64,000 bases of DNA, from NCBI GenBank assembly GCA_964016885.1, contig OZ024743.1:229090001-229154000 (forward strand), in the 5' to 3' direction. The position numbers were made by a program, and so were the translations under genes. A model generated the notes under the pieces. The model was not told the DNA's origin. It ran no database searches and saw only the letters and a program-made list of their open reading frames with translations. Shown piece by piece: positions 27,721-40,830 of this stretch (position 1 is the stretch's first letter; every line of letters starts with the position of its first letter). The stretch is from Eledone cirrhosa (taxonomy: Eukaryota).

Positions 27721-28890
27721 TGTTGATCAACTGACTGTCTTTCTTTAATCTCAACTGGTCATGGGTTTGTACCTAGAAAGCTCCTCTTGAAAGAGCAAAT
27801 CTAGACAAGATATTTATTGAACAACCAGATGTCTGCAATTAATGCAAGTCTCAATTCTTCCCTGATATTATCAAAAGGAAAGGCAAAGACCAATATAGCT
27901 TGACACCAGAGACACTCTAGATTTATTTTTTCTAGCTGAATAGACTGGAGCAACACAAAATAAAATGTCTTGCTGAAGGACACAATGTACTATCTAGTCC
28001 AAAAATTGAATGGATGACCTTACAGTTGTGAACCCAACACTAACCATTAATCCATGCTCAAACTCATGTAGTACTAAAACACTGATAATTATCAATTCTA
28101 TCTTAATTCCACACTCTCCTGACACATGAAAATGAAATTGGACAATTAAAAGGAAAAAAAAGGTCATTTTATTTCATAAACCAAATACTTAAAAATAAAA
28201 ATCACCAGTTAATAATTTTGTTATAATTTGCTAAAACATAATGTATGTGTGAGTGTGAGAGTGGTGGTGGTGTTGGGTGCATGTATGGGGTGGTATGTGG
28301 GTGTATGTGTGTATCTGTTGACGTGTGAATGTATGTGTGCTTGTGTGTAAAATAACAGTTGTTTTCTGTCTTGTTATATTTTGTTTTTTCCTTCGAAGTT
28401 AAGACTTATTTCAAACAACAACCAACAATAATAATCTTCAAACTGAAATGTAATTTAGAAAATTAACATGGCTTGGAAATAATTATAGTTAGGATAAAGA
28501 GATGAGAAATTCTGAACATCATTTTTATGCATGTGAGTGTCTCAATAGAAACACTAAAGAGACCACTTCTCTTATTTTTCTGTTCCTTATCCATCCAAAA
28601 TATTAGCTTGTAGTGAACAAAAAATAAATAAATAAACAAAAGAAATGTGCCTGTATCCAGCCAGAATTCTCTCATCTCTTTCTGTTCAAACTGGCTGTAA
28701 CCGCTCCCTCATACCAAAGTTAAGGTATTGTTTTCAAAATAAATATTATTAAAATCTCATAGATTAGATAATTATGTGAGATAAAGAGTTTACCTTGGAA
28801 ATATAATAGTTAATATAGAGCTAAAAGGTTAACGTGTTTTATAATATTTCAGTATTTAAGGGTTTTGTTATTTATTTATTTGTTTAGCAA

Positions 28891-29093
28891 ATAATTGTTT
28901 CTACTTTAGGCACAAGGCCAGCAACTTAGGGAGAGGGGGAAAGTCAAATTAAATCAACCCCTGTGCATTACTGCTGCTTTATCAAACCCGTAAATTTGAA
29001 AAGCAAAGCTAACCTCAGCGGGATTTTGTGTTGGACCTTAAAGGACCGTAACTCTTTGCTGCAAAGCATGGTGTCCGGCACTTTACTGATTTA
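28891..29093 (-). mobile_element. tRNA-derived SINE (family 1)
   Basis: GGCACAAGGCCAGCAA end, AAAGCTAACCTC.GCGGGATTT and GCATGGTGTCCGG as in the other copies. Confidence 0.8.
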
Positions 29094-31123
29094 GTAAATA
29101 ATGAAAAGATAATGATAATGGTGATAAATGTAGGAAACTAGAAATTAAATAAATTAAAAGTGATTTCTCTCTCTCTCTTTCTATAAATCTCTGTATGCCT
29201 TTCCCTCAGCCATACTTTCTCCTCCTTTCACTTGCGTCCCCTCTCTCTCTCATCTGCTTGCTCTCCCCTTCTCTTACTCACTGGTAAGTAAATTGAAATT
29301 CTTTTTTGAAAAAAAGGATGGGATGAGAATATGTTAAAATGCCAAGAGAAATATGGCAATATATGACAATGGAAAAGAAGGAAGGCGAAATAAGAGGGTC
29401 GTATTGGTGTTTGGAGAAGAAGACAAAGAAGAAAAAAAGGACAAGAAGAAGAAAGTGGAGGGTGGAAGAAGAGGAGGAGGAGACAGAAAAGAAGAAGACG
29501 AAGCTGACAAATATGAAGAAAAGAGGAAGAGGAGAGGAATAAGTTTGAAATATAACAAAACAAACCTTGCAATTGTTTGTGATAATATGCAGTTGAAATG
29601 ATACTGTGTTTGCAGAGAAAAATCGACCCAGTGAAGCTGAAGGCAATCATTGCAGATTTCAGTAAGCCGCCTCCTACTACACACACACACACACACAAAC
29701 GCTTGTCCTTCCACCCATCAGGAAATATTTGAAATTTTCATTTTTAATTTCAAAATTTGAATACATACACACACACACATATATATACAAGTTCACATGC
29801 ATATATATAGGTGTATATATATATATATACATGCTCATATACATATATATATATATATATATACATACTCATATACATATAGATATATGTATATACATGC
29901 TCATATACATATAGATATATGTATATATATATATATAGATATATGTATATATATAGATATATATATACACATATATATATACATGTTCATATACATGTAG
30001 CCATATATATATGTATATATGAAATCCTATTATTATGACATTTTCGTTAATTTTATTGCTGTTTGCAATGTTTCTTATCGCCTTTCCAGTAGTTTTTTAA
30101 AACAATTTATTGCCTAAAGATTCAACTGAAGAATTTTCATGATTAAATGAGAAAAAACAAAGTTCAAGTAGCTTTGATCTATTGTCACAATTAAACCAAG
30201 AATATCTCAATATAAAGTGGCAAGTTGCTTCATTAGAGAATTTCTTAAAATTTTTCTAGATATCTATTATCATCACTGCTCTATCATTACGATTATGATT
30301 ATCATTATTATTATTACTAAACATTCAATTCAATACTTATTAAAAATTAATATTTCAAATTCATCTCTTTATACTGGAGAACCCATCAGACAATGAAGCA
30401 ATTTATATTAACTCTATCCCTAACAATCTCTGCCAAGAACCAACCCACTAAACTTCTCTCTTATTCATTCTGCCCCTTAGTGACTTCTTTGTTAGAGAAG
30501 ATTCAATATCATGTGCCCCGAAAAGACAATTCATCTTCAACTAATTGTTTTTGAGAAAAATGAATGTTAAGCTCATACTTAGATGAACATTTTAAATGTC
30601 ACCATAAAGAAAGTTATTAAAAATTTAGATTACAAAAAAAGTAAAATAAAAAAAAAAAAATGAAGAAGTCTGTAAAATATAGGAAGGGCCAGCCTAGTTT
30701 AAAAACTAAAACAAATTAAAAAAAAATTGGTATTAAGATTAAAGTAGGATGGGTGATGTGACATAAAATTCAAATCCATTATAGTTTCTATCTTTAAGTC
30801 AACGAAAATATTTTCCCTAAGGTAAAAAGTCAAAACTGATCAGAATTCAATGGAGAGGAGAAATTAAAATATATATATTTTTTCTTAAATTTGAATTAAT
30901 ATTTCTACATTTTAATTCATTCAAATAACTCAATATTTCGTGTATAAAAAAGCATTTCGAACCCACCCACCACTTTCAGTTAGATATAGTTGTGTAGAAG
31001 AATAAAATATTGTCATTGTTACTTTTTCTCTGATATACCGAATAAACAAATCTCCAGAATAAACTTCATTCTCTTTGCCACAATACTTCATGTATATATT
31101 CTAAACTATTTCAGTAAGACATT

Positions 31124-31370
31124 TTAACATGTTTGATACTAAACTGGCTGAAACTACTATTGATTCTATAATATAAATCATTTTGCTTTAAAATGTTTTT
31201 ATCTAGATTTACCCTTGCCATCATAGCTTTATTTAATAACATGTTTCAAATACCAATGTAATTATGGAAAACTTAGTTATTAGTACATGACTAATTCTTG
31301 ATTATTTTCCAAATTAATTGCAATTCATAGGCAGCATCATTTATTAGAAATATAGCGATGAAAGGGTTAA
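31124..31370. mobile_element. TTAA-flanked MITE
   Basis: TTAA at the left end, ATGAAAGGGTTAA at the right; internal blocks shared with the 15929 and 61734 copies. Confidence 0.6.
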
Positions 31371-32374
31371 AACATTTAGAAAAATAAGATATATCAAACT
31401 ATTTAAGGAATGTGTTGCATGTTTATCTAGTAAACAAAAGATTTGTAGATTGCTCCCCATCATTGTTTTACATCTAACCCTTACATGCAGGTGAAATGAT
31501 CATAATGGTGGTGGTTCTAAACTATTTAAGAAAGAAATTACATTTTGACAAACTGAAGAAGAATTACAGAGGTGAAGGTGTGTGACCAAATTGCTGGACT
31601 CACAATCCTGTTTTTCATGATAGAAATGGAGCCCCTATCAACAAAACACCCATGAAATCTCTTATGAGATATAATCTCATAGGAGACCAGCTAAACTTGC
31701 ATAGGTGTAAGCTGTAAATTTCAATTCATTCTTTTTGTTTTTCCAAGAATTATGAAGGGTTTGTATCCTATACTGTATCTGTTACCAACATGCACAATTT
31801 ACAAATAGCTCAGGGCCATTAACAATGTTTATTCGTGGATAACAAAAAGGTAAATTTTACTACTGAAAGCAATAAGAGCAAAATATAGATTCATTAATCT
31901 TTCCTTTCATGACCATATTTCTATTTAATGAAGAATGTTGAAAAATTTACTAAAATGATTAATTATTTCATTATAATAAGAATGTAACTTAACATATGGT
32001 TCTTATATAAAATCATGTTAGATTTACACTTAAATAGAAACCCATTAAAATAGGTTGATTTATTTCTTAGAAACAGCACCAATTTTGACCAACATAAGTT
32101 AACCCAAAAGAGTTAACTTATAAGTTCTGACTTCTAATCCTTCTTTGAGTATCTCTCTGAGAGTGATGAAGAACACAAAGCAAAATTGCCCTTGAAAAAC
32201 TACTTGAAGACTAAATTTTAAAGTTGTGTCCCTATAACTCAATAGCTTATGACAGGAACAACATGAAATAAAGTGTCTTGCTCAAGTACACAATGTTTTG
32301 CCAGAAACCAATTATGATTATGAGCCTAATGCCCTAACCACCAAGCCGCACAATCATACACACACACACACATA

Positions 32375-32438
<64 letters not shown>

Positions 32439-32440
<2 letters not shown>

Positions 32441-33339
32441 GGGTGCGGACGATATTTGTTCGCAATTTTCAACTGCTAATTTTATGCAAATATTTTTTAC
32501 TTCCGTTGTCACTCTTGTCTTCATAAAAACAGTGACTATATTTCCATTATTTATTTTCAGAATAATTGATTATGAATAATTTTGAACCTCCAAATTTGTG
32601 GAAGATACACGGAGTTCTTCTTGGAATCTGCACCGGGAGGACAAATAAGGAAATTTCAGACTTTCTCAGCGTCAGCAGGAGAATGGTGGAAAAGGTCAGA
32701 AAGGAATTGAAAGATTCAGGATTTGACTACGAAGCAACATCAGAGAGGAAAACACATGATCGACGATCTGTCACCTTCAGAACGCCCGAGTTCGTCGCTG
32801 AAGTTCAGGATATCATCAACAATGAACCTAGCAAGTCGATGCGTGCCATTGCAAAGGAGAAAGACGTGGATGAAAAGCTCATTAGGCTGCAGGTAGGCCG
32901 TATGTGTGGCAGCAAGACTCAGCGCCCTGCCATACTAGCCGAAAGACCCAAGCCTGGCTGTCAGAGAACTTCGTCGACCACACTTCACCTGACATCTGGC
33001 CTCCCAGCTCGCCTGACTGCAACACCGTCGACTTCTTTGTGTGGGGTGCAGTGGAACGAGACATCAACAGATCTAGCTGCAATACAAAAGACGATCTGAA
33101 GGCCAGGATCACACGTGCTTTTAGGGGTCTAAGTCAGGGGACAGTGATGAAGGCCTGTAGCCGGTTCCAAGGTCGCCTTGAGGTGGTCATCAAAGCCAAT
33201 GGCGGGTTTATCGAGTGAGATCGAAAGAACAAGCCATGAAGACAAACTGACCCAAGTTTGATAAATAAATCTTAAAAAATAAAACTACTGTATTATTTTT
33301 TCCTAGACAGTAATCTTGCGAACAAATATCGTCCGCATA

Positions 33340-33342
<3 letters not shown>
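32439..33342 (+). mobile_element. Tc1/mariner-superfamily DD37D (maT) transposon, internally deleted
   Basis: 27-bp TIRs CAGGGTGCGGACGATATTTGTTCGCAA / TTGCGAACAAATATCGTCCGCATACTG (2 mismatches); right end followed by TA; lies in a (TA)n tract. Confidence 0.93.
32572..33218 (+). pseudogene. maT transposase with central deletion and frameshift
   Basis: HTH N-terminus (MNNFEPP...EPSKSMRAIAKE..KLIR) joined out of frame at ~32885 to GRPYVWQQDSAPCH...WPPSSPDCNTVDFFVWG...GGFIE*; 37 residues between the last two catalytic Asp; first Asp missing. Confidence 0.9.
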
Positions 33343-33381
<39 letters not shown>

Positions 33382-33714
33382 CGATGTTTCTACCACATAA
33401 TAAATGAAAACAAACTAGTAAGAATTGATAAATATTAGAAATATAGCATTAGGTTTAATGCAGACAGCTAATTCTCTTCCATTGCAATGTATTCTCCAGA
33501 TTCTAACAAAAAAGAAACCTACTTTTATTCTGATACTAAATTAAAGATGATTAACAAAGGTTATTGCTAGGAAAGTGCCAAAATCCAATTGAAAGACCAA
33601 ACCATAATGATATAACACTGATATCAATGATGACAGCAGTGGTGATGACGATGATGATAATTGGGTTATGATGGTGACGATGATGATAGTGAGGACAATG
33701 ATGATGTGGGAAGA

Positions 33715-34230
33715 GAAATGGAGGTTCTAGAAAACAAGAAAGGGAGGCTGTTATGGGATTTTTTCATGCAAGTAGAAAAGAAAAAACATCACAATCCAGC
33801 TATTTGGTTGTTAAGAAGAATGTGTGTAGGTATTTGATGTAGCATGTCATTTGGCTTTAAAAAAAAGATAACCATTAAACTAATTTGAAATATGAAATCT
33901 TCAAGTGATGGGCAAAAAGAAGCTAACAAAGATATAATATTGTGAATTGTCATCAAAGCCTTGAGAACTGGAACAAAGAACTTGAAAGTAAACCTAAGAA
34001 AGCTAGAGTTGAATCTAGGAATGGTGGCAGTGTAAATGGTTGCTTAATTCGATCAGCAAGAATTGTCTTGAAAGTCTTTGACAAAATATGTGGACAGCTA
34101 TGAACAGTATAAAAGGACCTTAGTATGATAAATGACAAGAATGCCTCTCATGATTGACCATGGGTTGTGGTCCAGTGAAAAGTGCAATTATATCAGCCAA
34201 CATATCAATATACTGTAAGAACAATAATAT
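33715..34230 (+). mobile_element. Decayed Dong/R4-like (restriction-like endonuclease) LINE 3' end
   Basis: Fragments EVLENKKGRLLWDFFMQ, FDVAC and GCLIRSARIVLKVFD resemble VxENxxxxILWDFxIQ, IDVAxP and ACLLGTARILRKVL of R4/Dong C-termini. Confidence 0.55.
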
Positions 34231-34599
34231 TTTTTATTATTGCCACACAGACAATAAATGAAGAGTCATTAAAGCGACAGGTTACAAAAGTGTGGTGGGA
34301 TTACACAGACATTGAATGAAAGGACAAATAGTAGGGGTACTCTTACAGTATAGATAAATTCTCCAGAGGGACAATCCCCACAGATCTAAAATGACCCTGA
34401 CTACCAGTGGCAAGTGCTTTTCATCTCTCTATTTATCTTTCCCAATTGTGTTCTCTTGCCCTACAGTCACATGTTGAGAATATACTCATTCATGCAAGTC
34501 ACTCTTGGAACTCTCACTAACTTTCAATTGGAAAGAGGATGAAAGAAAGACAAGAAAGAAAAAGAAAGAAAGAAAGAAAGAAAAGGAAAGAAAAAATGA

Positions 34600-34812
34600 C
34601 TTCTGATTTAGGCACAAGGCCGGCAACTTTTTGGGGAAGGGGAAAGTCGATTAAATCTACCCCAGCGCATTACTGGTGCTTTATTTATCGACCCCATAAG
34701 GATGAAAGGCAAAGCTGACCTCTGCGGGATTTGATCTCAGAACGTAAGGAACCGTCACTCTATGCCACGAAGCATGGTGTCCGGTGCTCTACTGATACTG
34801 CCAATCCACCGC
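34600..34812 (-). mobile_element. tRNA-derived SINE (family 1, long form)
   Basis: Full A box, B box and central motifs, including the GGGGAAGGGGAAAGTCGATTAAATC segment. Confidence 0.9.
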
Positions 34813-35539
34813 CCTAAGGAAAGAAAAAAAATATTGAGAAATAACCAAATTATTTATTTTTGACTTGAGGAAATAAAACAACCAACTGGAAAAAGAAATA
34901 TGGAAAAGGGTGATAATGAATAACAATGATAGAGAAATACAGGCTGAAGAAGGAAGTAGATGAAGAGGACATAACAAGGAGGCAGATGAAGTAGATGGGA
35001 GCTAAAATAAAGAGAGTGAAAAGTGGAATTGATGGAAGTAGAAAAAAAAAAAAAACTTAGTTAACAAACTTGAAATCAACTGTTGTAAATCTTTTTAGTG
35101 ACCTTTTGCAAACTGATTAAGGGAAGAAAAACTCTTTTTCAAACAGTAAAATATTGGATGACAGCAGCTAAACTTTGGGAAATTGTAGATGAAGATAGAA
35201 TTCCAAGTCTCAGATTATTGCTTACACTGATACTAGAACCACAACATACCAATCTATGTTCTTGACATTTTCACAAAATCTATTAGCTCAAACATCACAT
35301 AGTTCAATAAAAGCAATATTTTAACTCAAATAGCTTCTACAGTATATCTTGAAATCTTATTTTTCACTGATAATAAAAGCCATATCTTATATGCCATAGC
35401 AACTTATAGAAGATTTTTTCCATAAATGTTTTTGTATTTAAACTGGACAAAGTGGAAACACTATCCTAAAAACTATGCTGCACATTTAAACAGCTCCTTA
35501 CTTTCTATAATGTGATCTATATAAAAGGTGCCTCATGAA

Positions 35540-35850
35540 GGTGCATGGCTTAGTTGTTGGGCTTTATAACTTACAATCATGAGGGTGTGAGTTTGATTTT
35601 TAATGGCACATTGCTTCTTTGAACGATACACTCTATTTCCAATTTCCTCCATGCACTTAGCTGATAAAAGTGAGTTGTACCTGTAATTTAAAGCGACAGC
35701 TTTGTTACACATTGTGTTATACTGAATCTTTCAGAACTGTATTAGGGGTATAAGTCTGTGGAATTACTTGGATGTTAATTTCATGAGCAAGCTGTTCCAT
35801 TATTGGAACAAATGGAACATACATTGTTGGAACCAATGGATGTCCAAAAA
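35540..35850 (+). mobile_element. tRNA-derived SINE (family 2), old
   Basis: GCATGGCTTAGTTG start, AGCTGATAAAAGTGAGTTGTACCTG and GTTAATTTCATGAGCAAGCTGTT blocks shared with the 51235 and 58925 copies. Confidence 0.65.
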
Positions 35851-35994
35851 CAACAAGACAAAACCAATCTATTTTCTTAAAAATCTATTTTCTTAAAATC
35901 TATAACATCAAACATCATATAGTTGAATAATAGCAATAATTTAACCATAAAAGATTTTACAGAGATGTTTTGGAATACCTATTTTCACTGATTA

Positions 35995-36190
35995 TGGTTT
36001 CTATTTTAGGCACACTAAACAGTTTGAGGAGAGGAGAAAGTCAATTACATAAAACTCAGTTCATGACTGGTAGTTTATTTAATCAACTCTGGAAGGATGA
36101 AAGAGTAAGTTGACCATAGCAGAATGTAAGGGGTCATAACTAAATGCCACAAAGCATTTTGGTTGTCACTAATGATTCTGCCAATTCATT
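35995..36190 (-). mobile_element. tRNA-derived SINE (family 1), old
   Basis: TTAGGCAC, GGAAGGATGAAAG and GATTCTGCCAATTCA motifs. Confidence 0.65.
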
Positions 36191-37689
36191 GTTATGGTTT
36201 TCCATAATTATATATAAAAAAAGATTATACACCATAGCAATTTGTAGAGATTTTTTTTTATCACAATTGTTTTTGTATTCAAATTGGACAAAACCTGGTT
36301 GCATAAAGATAACAATCATCATAACCATCATTATCAGTTTTTGGTTGTTAGCATGGCTTGAACAAGACATTTTGAAGTAGATGCCCATCCAACACTCACT
36401 TGTTTATCTATCTAGGGTGTGGATATTCACTTTCTACCCACTGAGCAGCAAGATCTCTGATGGTTGAATTATTACCAATTAAAAAATCTCAAGTTGCAGC
36501 TTTTCCTTTGAAGCTGTGATGCAGACTGAACAGCCTATATTGATTTAGCAGAAGATATTTAAAAACAGGTTTGTTAATTCAAATGTTTACACTATTTTTA
36601 CTAATAGGCAGATTGATGTGAAAATTTGCAGTATTAGAAGAAAGACTTCAATTTTAATGTGATGCAGCCATTAAAGTACTATATGTATATAGTACTTTTC
36701 AAGAATGTCATGCTAATGTAGTTTCATGTGAAATAAGACATTAAGAGTTAAACAGTTCCCTATATAATACACCCTAAGTAAAAGGCATTACACTTTTTTT
36801 TTCATAAAATAAACACTGGAGAAAAGAACATGGTCATGATCTCTGCTGGCCCTTCAAGACTGAGGAGATTGGTACAGTTGACGTTCAGCTTGAATATCAG
36901 TGGAAAAAAAACCAGGCAGGGCAGGGACTCCTGAAGATTGCATTTCTGCAGAAGAAGGGTTGGTCTAGGCATTTAGTGTAGTCAGGGGGCAAGCCACTGA
37001 ATGTGTGAGAGAGAAGGATAAGCATGTTAAATGAGTAGGCCTGAGTGGAGAAAGGAAGCATGCTATGGAGTTCAGCTCATTGATCATCAACATTACTTTG
37101 AGTTTACATGAGTAGAAATGACTTGGGATCAACCAACATCCAGTTTTACTCTTAAAAACAAAAACTTAAATTCAAAAAAATACTTGCTGAATTTTAAAAT
37201 TACTTTTAAAACAAACTAAACAAAACTTTTAACTTTAATTATGAACTGTCATTTCATAATTTTAGATAATTTCATGAAGAATTAGTTGTTAGTCTCTTAA
37301 CGAACACGCAGGTTTTCACCAAATGTCAGACAAGAAATAAAGGTTGCCGGTTCTTTTTTTCTAAGGAAATGAATAATTCCATGTTTTTAATGTAGCATAT
37401 CATGACATTCCATAAATGTTAGTCAGTTTTAATAAAATTACATTTGATAGGTGAATTAAAATATAAATATAAATATGCAGAGTGAGGGATAATTCCTAAT
37501 TATAGGAAATATTCTAAATTCCAGTTAATATTAGCATTGTTACTCTCAAGCAAAAACCCTTGTCTTTCTGTCATTGTATTAATCTGTCAATGAATTTTAA
37601 ACATTTAATAGGGATAACCTGCAACTCAATGATAAACTGAGGGAACTGTAATGACTAGTAATGATATTGCAGTTATTTTACCATAGTTA

Positions 37690-38110
37690 TTATTGACGGT
37701 TAGTGGTGATACCAAAGTTATTGTTGATGGTTAGTGGTGACACCAAAGATATTGTTGATGGCTAGTGGTGACACCAAAGATATTGTTGATGGCTAGTGGT
37801 GACACCTTAGTTATTGTTGATGGCAAGTGGTGATACCTTAGTTATTGTTGATGGCTAGTGGTGACACCTTAGTTATTGTTGATGGCTAGTGGTGACACCA
37901 AAGTTATTGTTGATGGCTAGTGGTGATAACAAAGTTATTGTTGATGGCTAGTGGTGACACCTTAGTTATTGTTGATGACTAGTTGCGACACCTTAGTTAT
38001 TGCTGATTTCAAGTGGTGATACCTTAGTTATTGATGATGGCTAGTGGTGACACCTTAGTTATTGTTGATGGCTAGTGGTGACACCTTAGTTATTGTTGAT
38101 GGCTGGTGGT
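37690..38110. repeat. 31-bp minisatellite, left part
   Basis: Unit GTTATTGTTGATGGCTAGTGGTGACACCTTA; period 31 (e.g. 37810, 37841). Confidence 0.97.
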
Positions 38111-39126
38111 CAAAGACTCAGACTCAGAAGCTCCCGCGTCTTGCTACACATGAGGCAATCATAGTGTTCCATCGCGTTCGGTCAGCAGCCAGTTGCACAG
38201 CGTCCCGCCATTGTCTGTTTGTTGCTCGCAGGTCCTTCTCAACTGACTGGCACCAGTTCATTTTGGGTCACCCTCTCCGTCTGCTTCCCTTCGGGCTCCA
38301 TTTAAGTACTTGGTTCGCCAGTCTCTCCGGGGGAAGTCTCAAAGCGTGTCCAAACCAGCCCAGGCATCGCTTGCAGATGGTAGAAGATACTAGCTGCTAG
38401 TTGGTGTGGTTCCTGACTTCCTGGTTTGTTATATGGTCACTCCATTTAATCCCCAGGATCTTTCGCAGACATCTGGAATCGAATGCGTCCAACTTCTTCT
38501 CTTGGCTGGTCTTAAGGTGCCATGTTTCACTTCCGTACAAGAGTGTGTACAGCACGTTGCTGTTGTAGAATCTCATCTTTGTTTTGAGGGTGAACCTCCT
38601 GCTCTTCGAGATCTTGTCAAGTTGGTTAAATGCTGCTGAAGCCTTTCCCATTCTACATTGCAGTTCACTGTCCATGGTGCCCTCATTGTTAATGGAGCTT
38701 CCTAGGTAGGTGAAGTTGTCCACTACCCCCCCCCCCTGTTCAATAAAGACACTGGTTGGTGGTGGGTGTGTCCTAGATAACATGCTTTTGGTCTTCTTGG
38801 CATTGATATTGAGACCTAAGCTTCCTGCTTCGACATTGATATTGTTCACAATGATTTGCAGGTCAGCTGTGCTTTCTGCAAGTGCAGCAATATCGTCCGC
38901 AAAGTCCAGGTCAGACAACTTTTGCTCTCCCACCCAAGATATACCCTGGTCTTTAGACGCTTTTCTTAGTAGCCAGTCAATGGCTATGGCAAAGAGAATT
39001 GGAGAGAGCGAGTAACCTTGACGCACGCCAGTAACCACCTCAAACCAGTCACTGTAACCATCCTCTGTCCGTATGCAGCACTTGGAATTTGCGTAAATCT
39101 GTTTGATTGCCGAAATGACTTTTTGG
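38111..39126 (-). mobile_element. 5'-truncated RTE LINE of a second family (no PHD), pseudogenised
   Basis: TGVRQGYSLSP, LDFADD, FTYLGS, LLYGSETW, WFGHALR and ADRTRW motifs; premature stops (38397 TAG; RRRG*P); short CTGAGT-repeat tail at ~38114-38127; GGCT(A/G)GTGGT on both sides is compatible with a TSD. Confidence 0.92.
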
Positions 39127-40085
39127 GGCTAGTGGTGACAGCTTAGTTATTGTTTATGGCTAGTGGTGACACCTTAGTTATTGTTGATAGCTAGTGGTGA
39201 TACCAAAGTTATTGTTGATGTCTAGTGGTGATACCTTAGTTATTGTTTATGGCTAGTGGTGACACCTTAGTTATTGTTGATAGCTAGTGGTGATACCAAA
39301 GTTATTGTTGATGTCTAGTGGTGATACCTTAGTTATTGTTGATAGCTAGTGGTGATACCAAAGTTATTGTTGATAGCTAGTGGTGATACCTTAGTTATTG
39401 TTGATAGCTAGTGGTGATACCAAAGTTATTGTTGATGGCTAGTGGTGACACCTTAGTTATTGTTGATGACTAGTGGTGACACCTTAGTTATTGCTGATGG
39501 CTAGTGGTGATACCTTAGTTATTGTTGATAGCTGGTGGTGATACCATAGGTATTGTTGATGGCTAGTGGTGACACCTTAGTTATTGTTGATGACTAGTGG
39601 TGACACCTTAGTTATTGCTGATGGCTAGTGGTGATACCTTAGTTATTGTTGATGGCTAGTGGTGATACCATAGTTATTGTTGATGGCTAGTGGTGACACC
39701 ATAGTTATTGTTGATGACTACTGGAGACACCTTAGTTATTGCTGATGGCTAGTGGTGACACCTTAGTTATTGTTGATGGCTAGTGGTGACTCCTTAGTTA
39801 TTGCTGATGGCTAGTGGTGACTCCTTAGTTATTGTTGATGGCTAGTGGTGACTCCTTAGTTATTGTTGATGGCTAGTGGTGACACCATAGTTATTGTTGA
39901 TGGCTAGTGGTGACACCATAGTTATTGTTGATGGCTAGTGGTGATACCATAGTTATTGATGATGGCTAGTGGTGATATTGAAGTTATTATTGATGGCTAG
40001 TGGTGATATTGAAGTTATCATTGATGGCTAGTGGTGATATTGAAGTTATCATTGATGGCTAGAGGTGATACTACATTATTGTTGA
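39127..40085. repeat. 31-bp minisatellite, right part
   Basis: About 30 further units with variant ends (CCTTA, CCAAA, CCATA, TTGAA). Confidence 0.97.
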
Positions 40086-40379
40086 TTCTTTCTGGTCATA
40101 TTGTAGTTGTTATTGATCGTTGGTGGCAGTGTTGTAGTTTTTTTATGGTTAGTGGGTAATTTAGTTATTGTGGATTGTTAGGGATGATATCATGGTTGTT
40201 ATTGGTCATTCGTGGTGATGGTGATACTGCATGCATAGCATGTGATGTTATAGCTGGTATTGATGGTGTGGGGATATTGCAGTTATTGTTATTGGTTAGT
40301 GATAATAATGAATTTATTACTGATAGTTAGTGGTGTAATTACACTTGTACTGGAATTGATAATTCAGTTTTGGTCATGG

Positions 40380-40830
40380 TTAGTCATGATGACAAGACAG
40401 TTACAGTGTTGATGGTGATAGGAGAGTCACAGTGATGATGGTAATGTCATTCACTGTGGTGATAATGACAGTGGTGATAAAGACAGTCACAGTGAATATA
40501 ATAACAAGACAGTCATAGTAGGGATAATGGCAAGACAGGTACAGTGGTGATAAAAACAAGAGTCATAATGATGATAGTGTAGGACATTCATAGTAGTGAT
40601 AATGACAAGACACTTATAGTGGTAATGTTATATGACAGTCATAGTGATGATGGTGATAGAATAAACCTAGTGATGATAGTAATAGGACATTCATAGTGGT
40701 GATAATGACAAAACAGTTACAGTGATGATAGTGATAGGACAGTCATAGTGGTGATAAAGACAAGACACGGAGGTGATGGTTATAGGATTGTCATAGTGGT
40801 GATAGGGGATAGATAATGCAGTTGTAAATG
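40380..40830. repeat. Degenerate 24-27-bp repeat (GACAGTCATAGTGGTGAT..)
   Basis: GACAG/GACAT + CATAGT/CACAGT + GATGAT blocks recur many times. Confidence 0.7.

Noticed and set aside
29228-29714. Lys/Glu-rich and Phe/Leu/Ser-rich ORFs
   Set aside because: They arise from a purine-rich (GAA/GGA) low-complexity tract.
36830-37110. Possible exon in a GC-richer patch (also 14950-15240 and 46930-47090)
   Set aside because: No sustained ORF; they look like very old LINE relics on the minus strand, too decayed to classify.
37690-40085. CRISPR-like array
   Set aside because: Units are head-to-tail with no unique spacers, there are no cas genes, and the context is eukaryotic.
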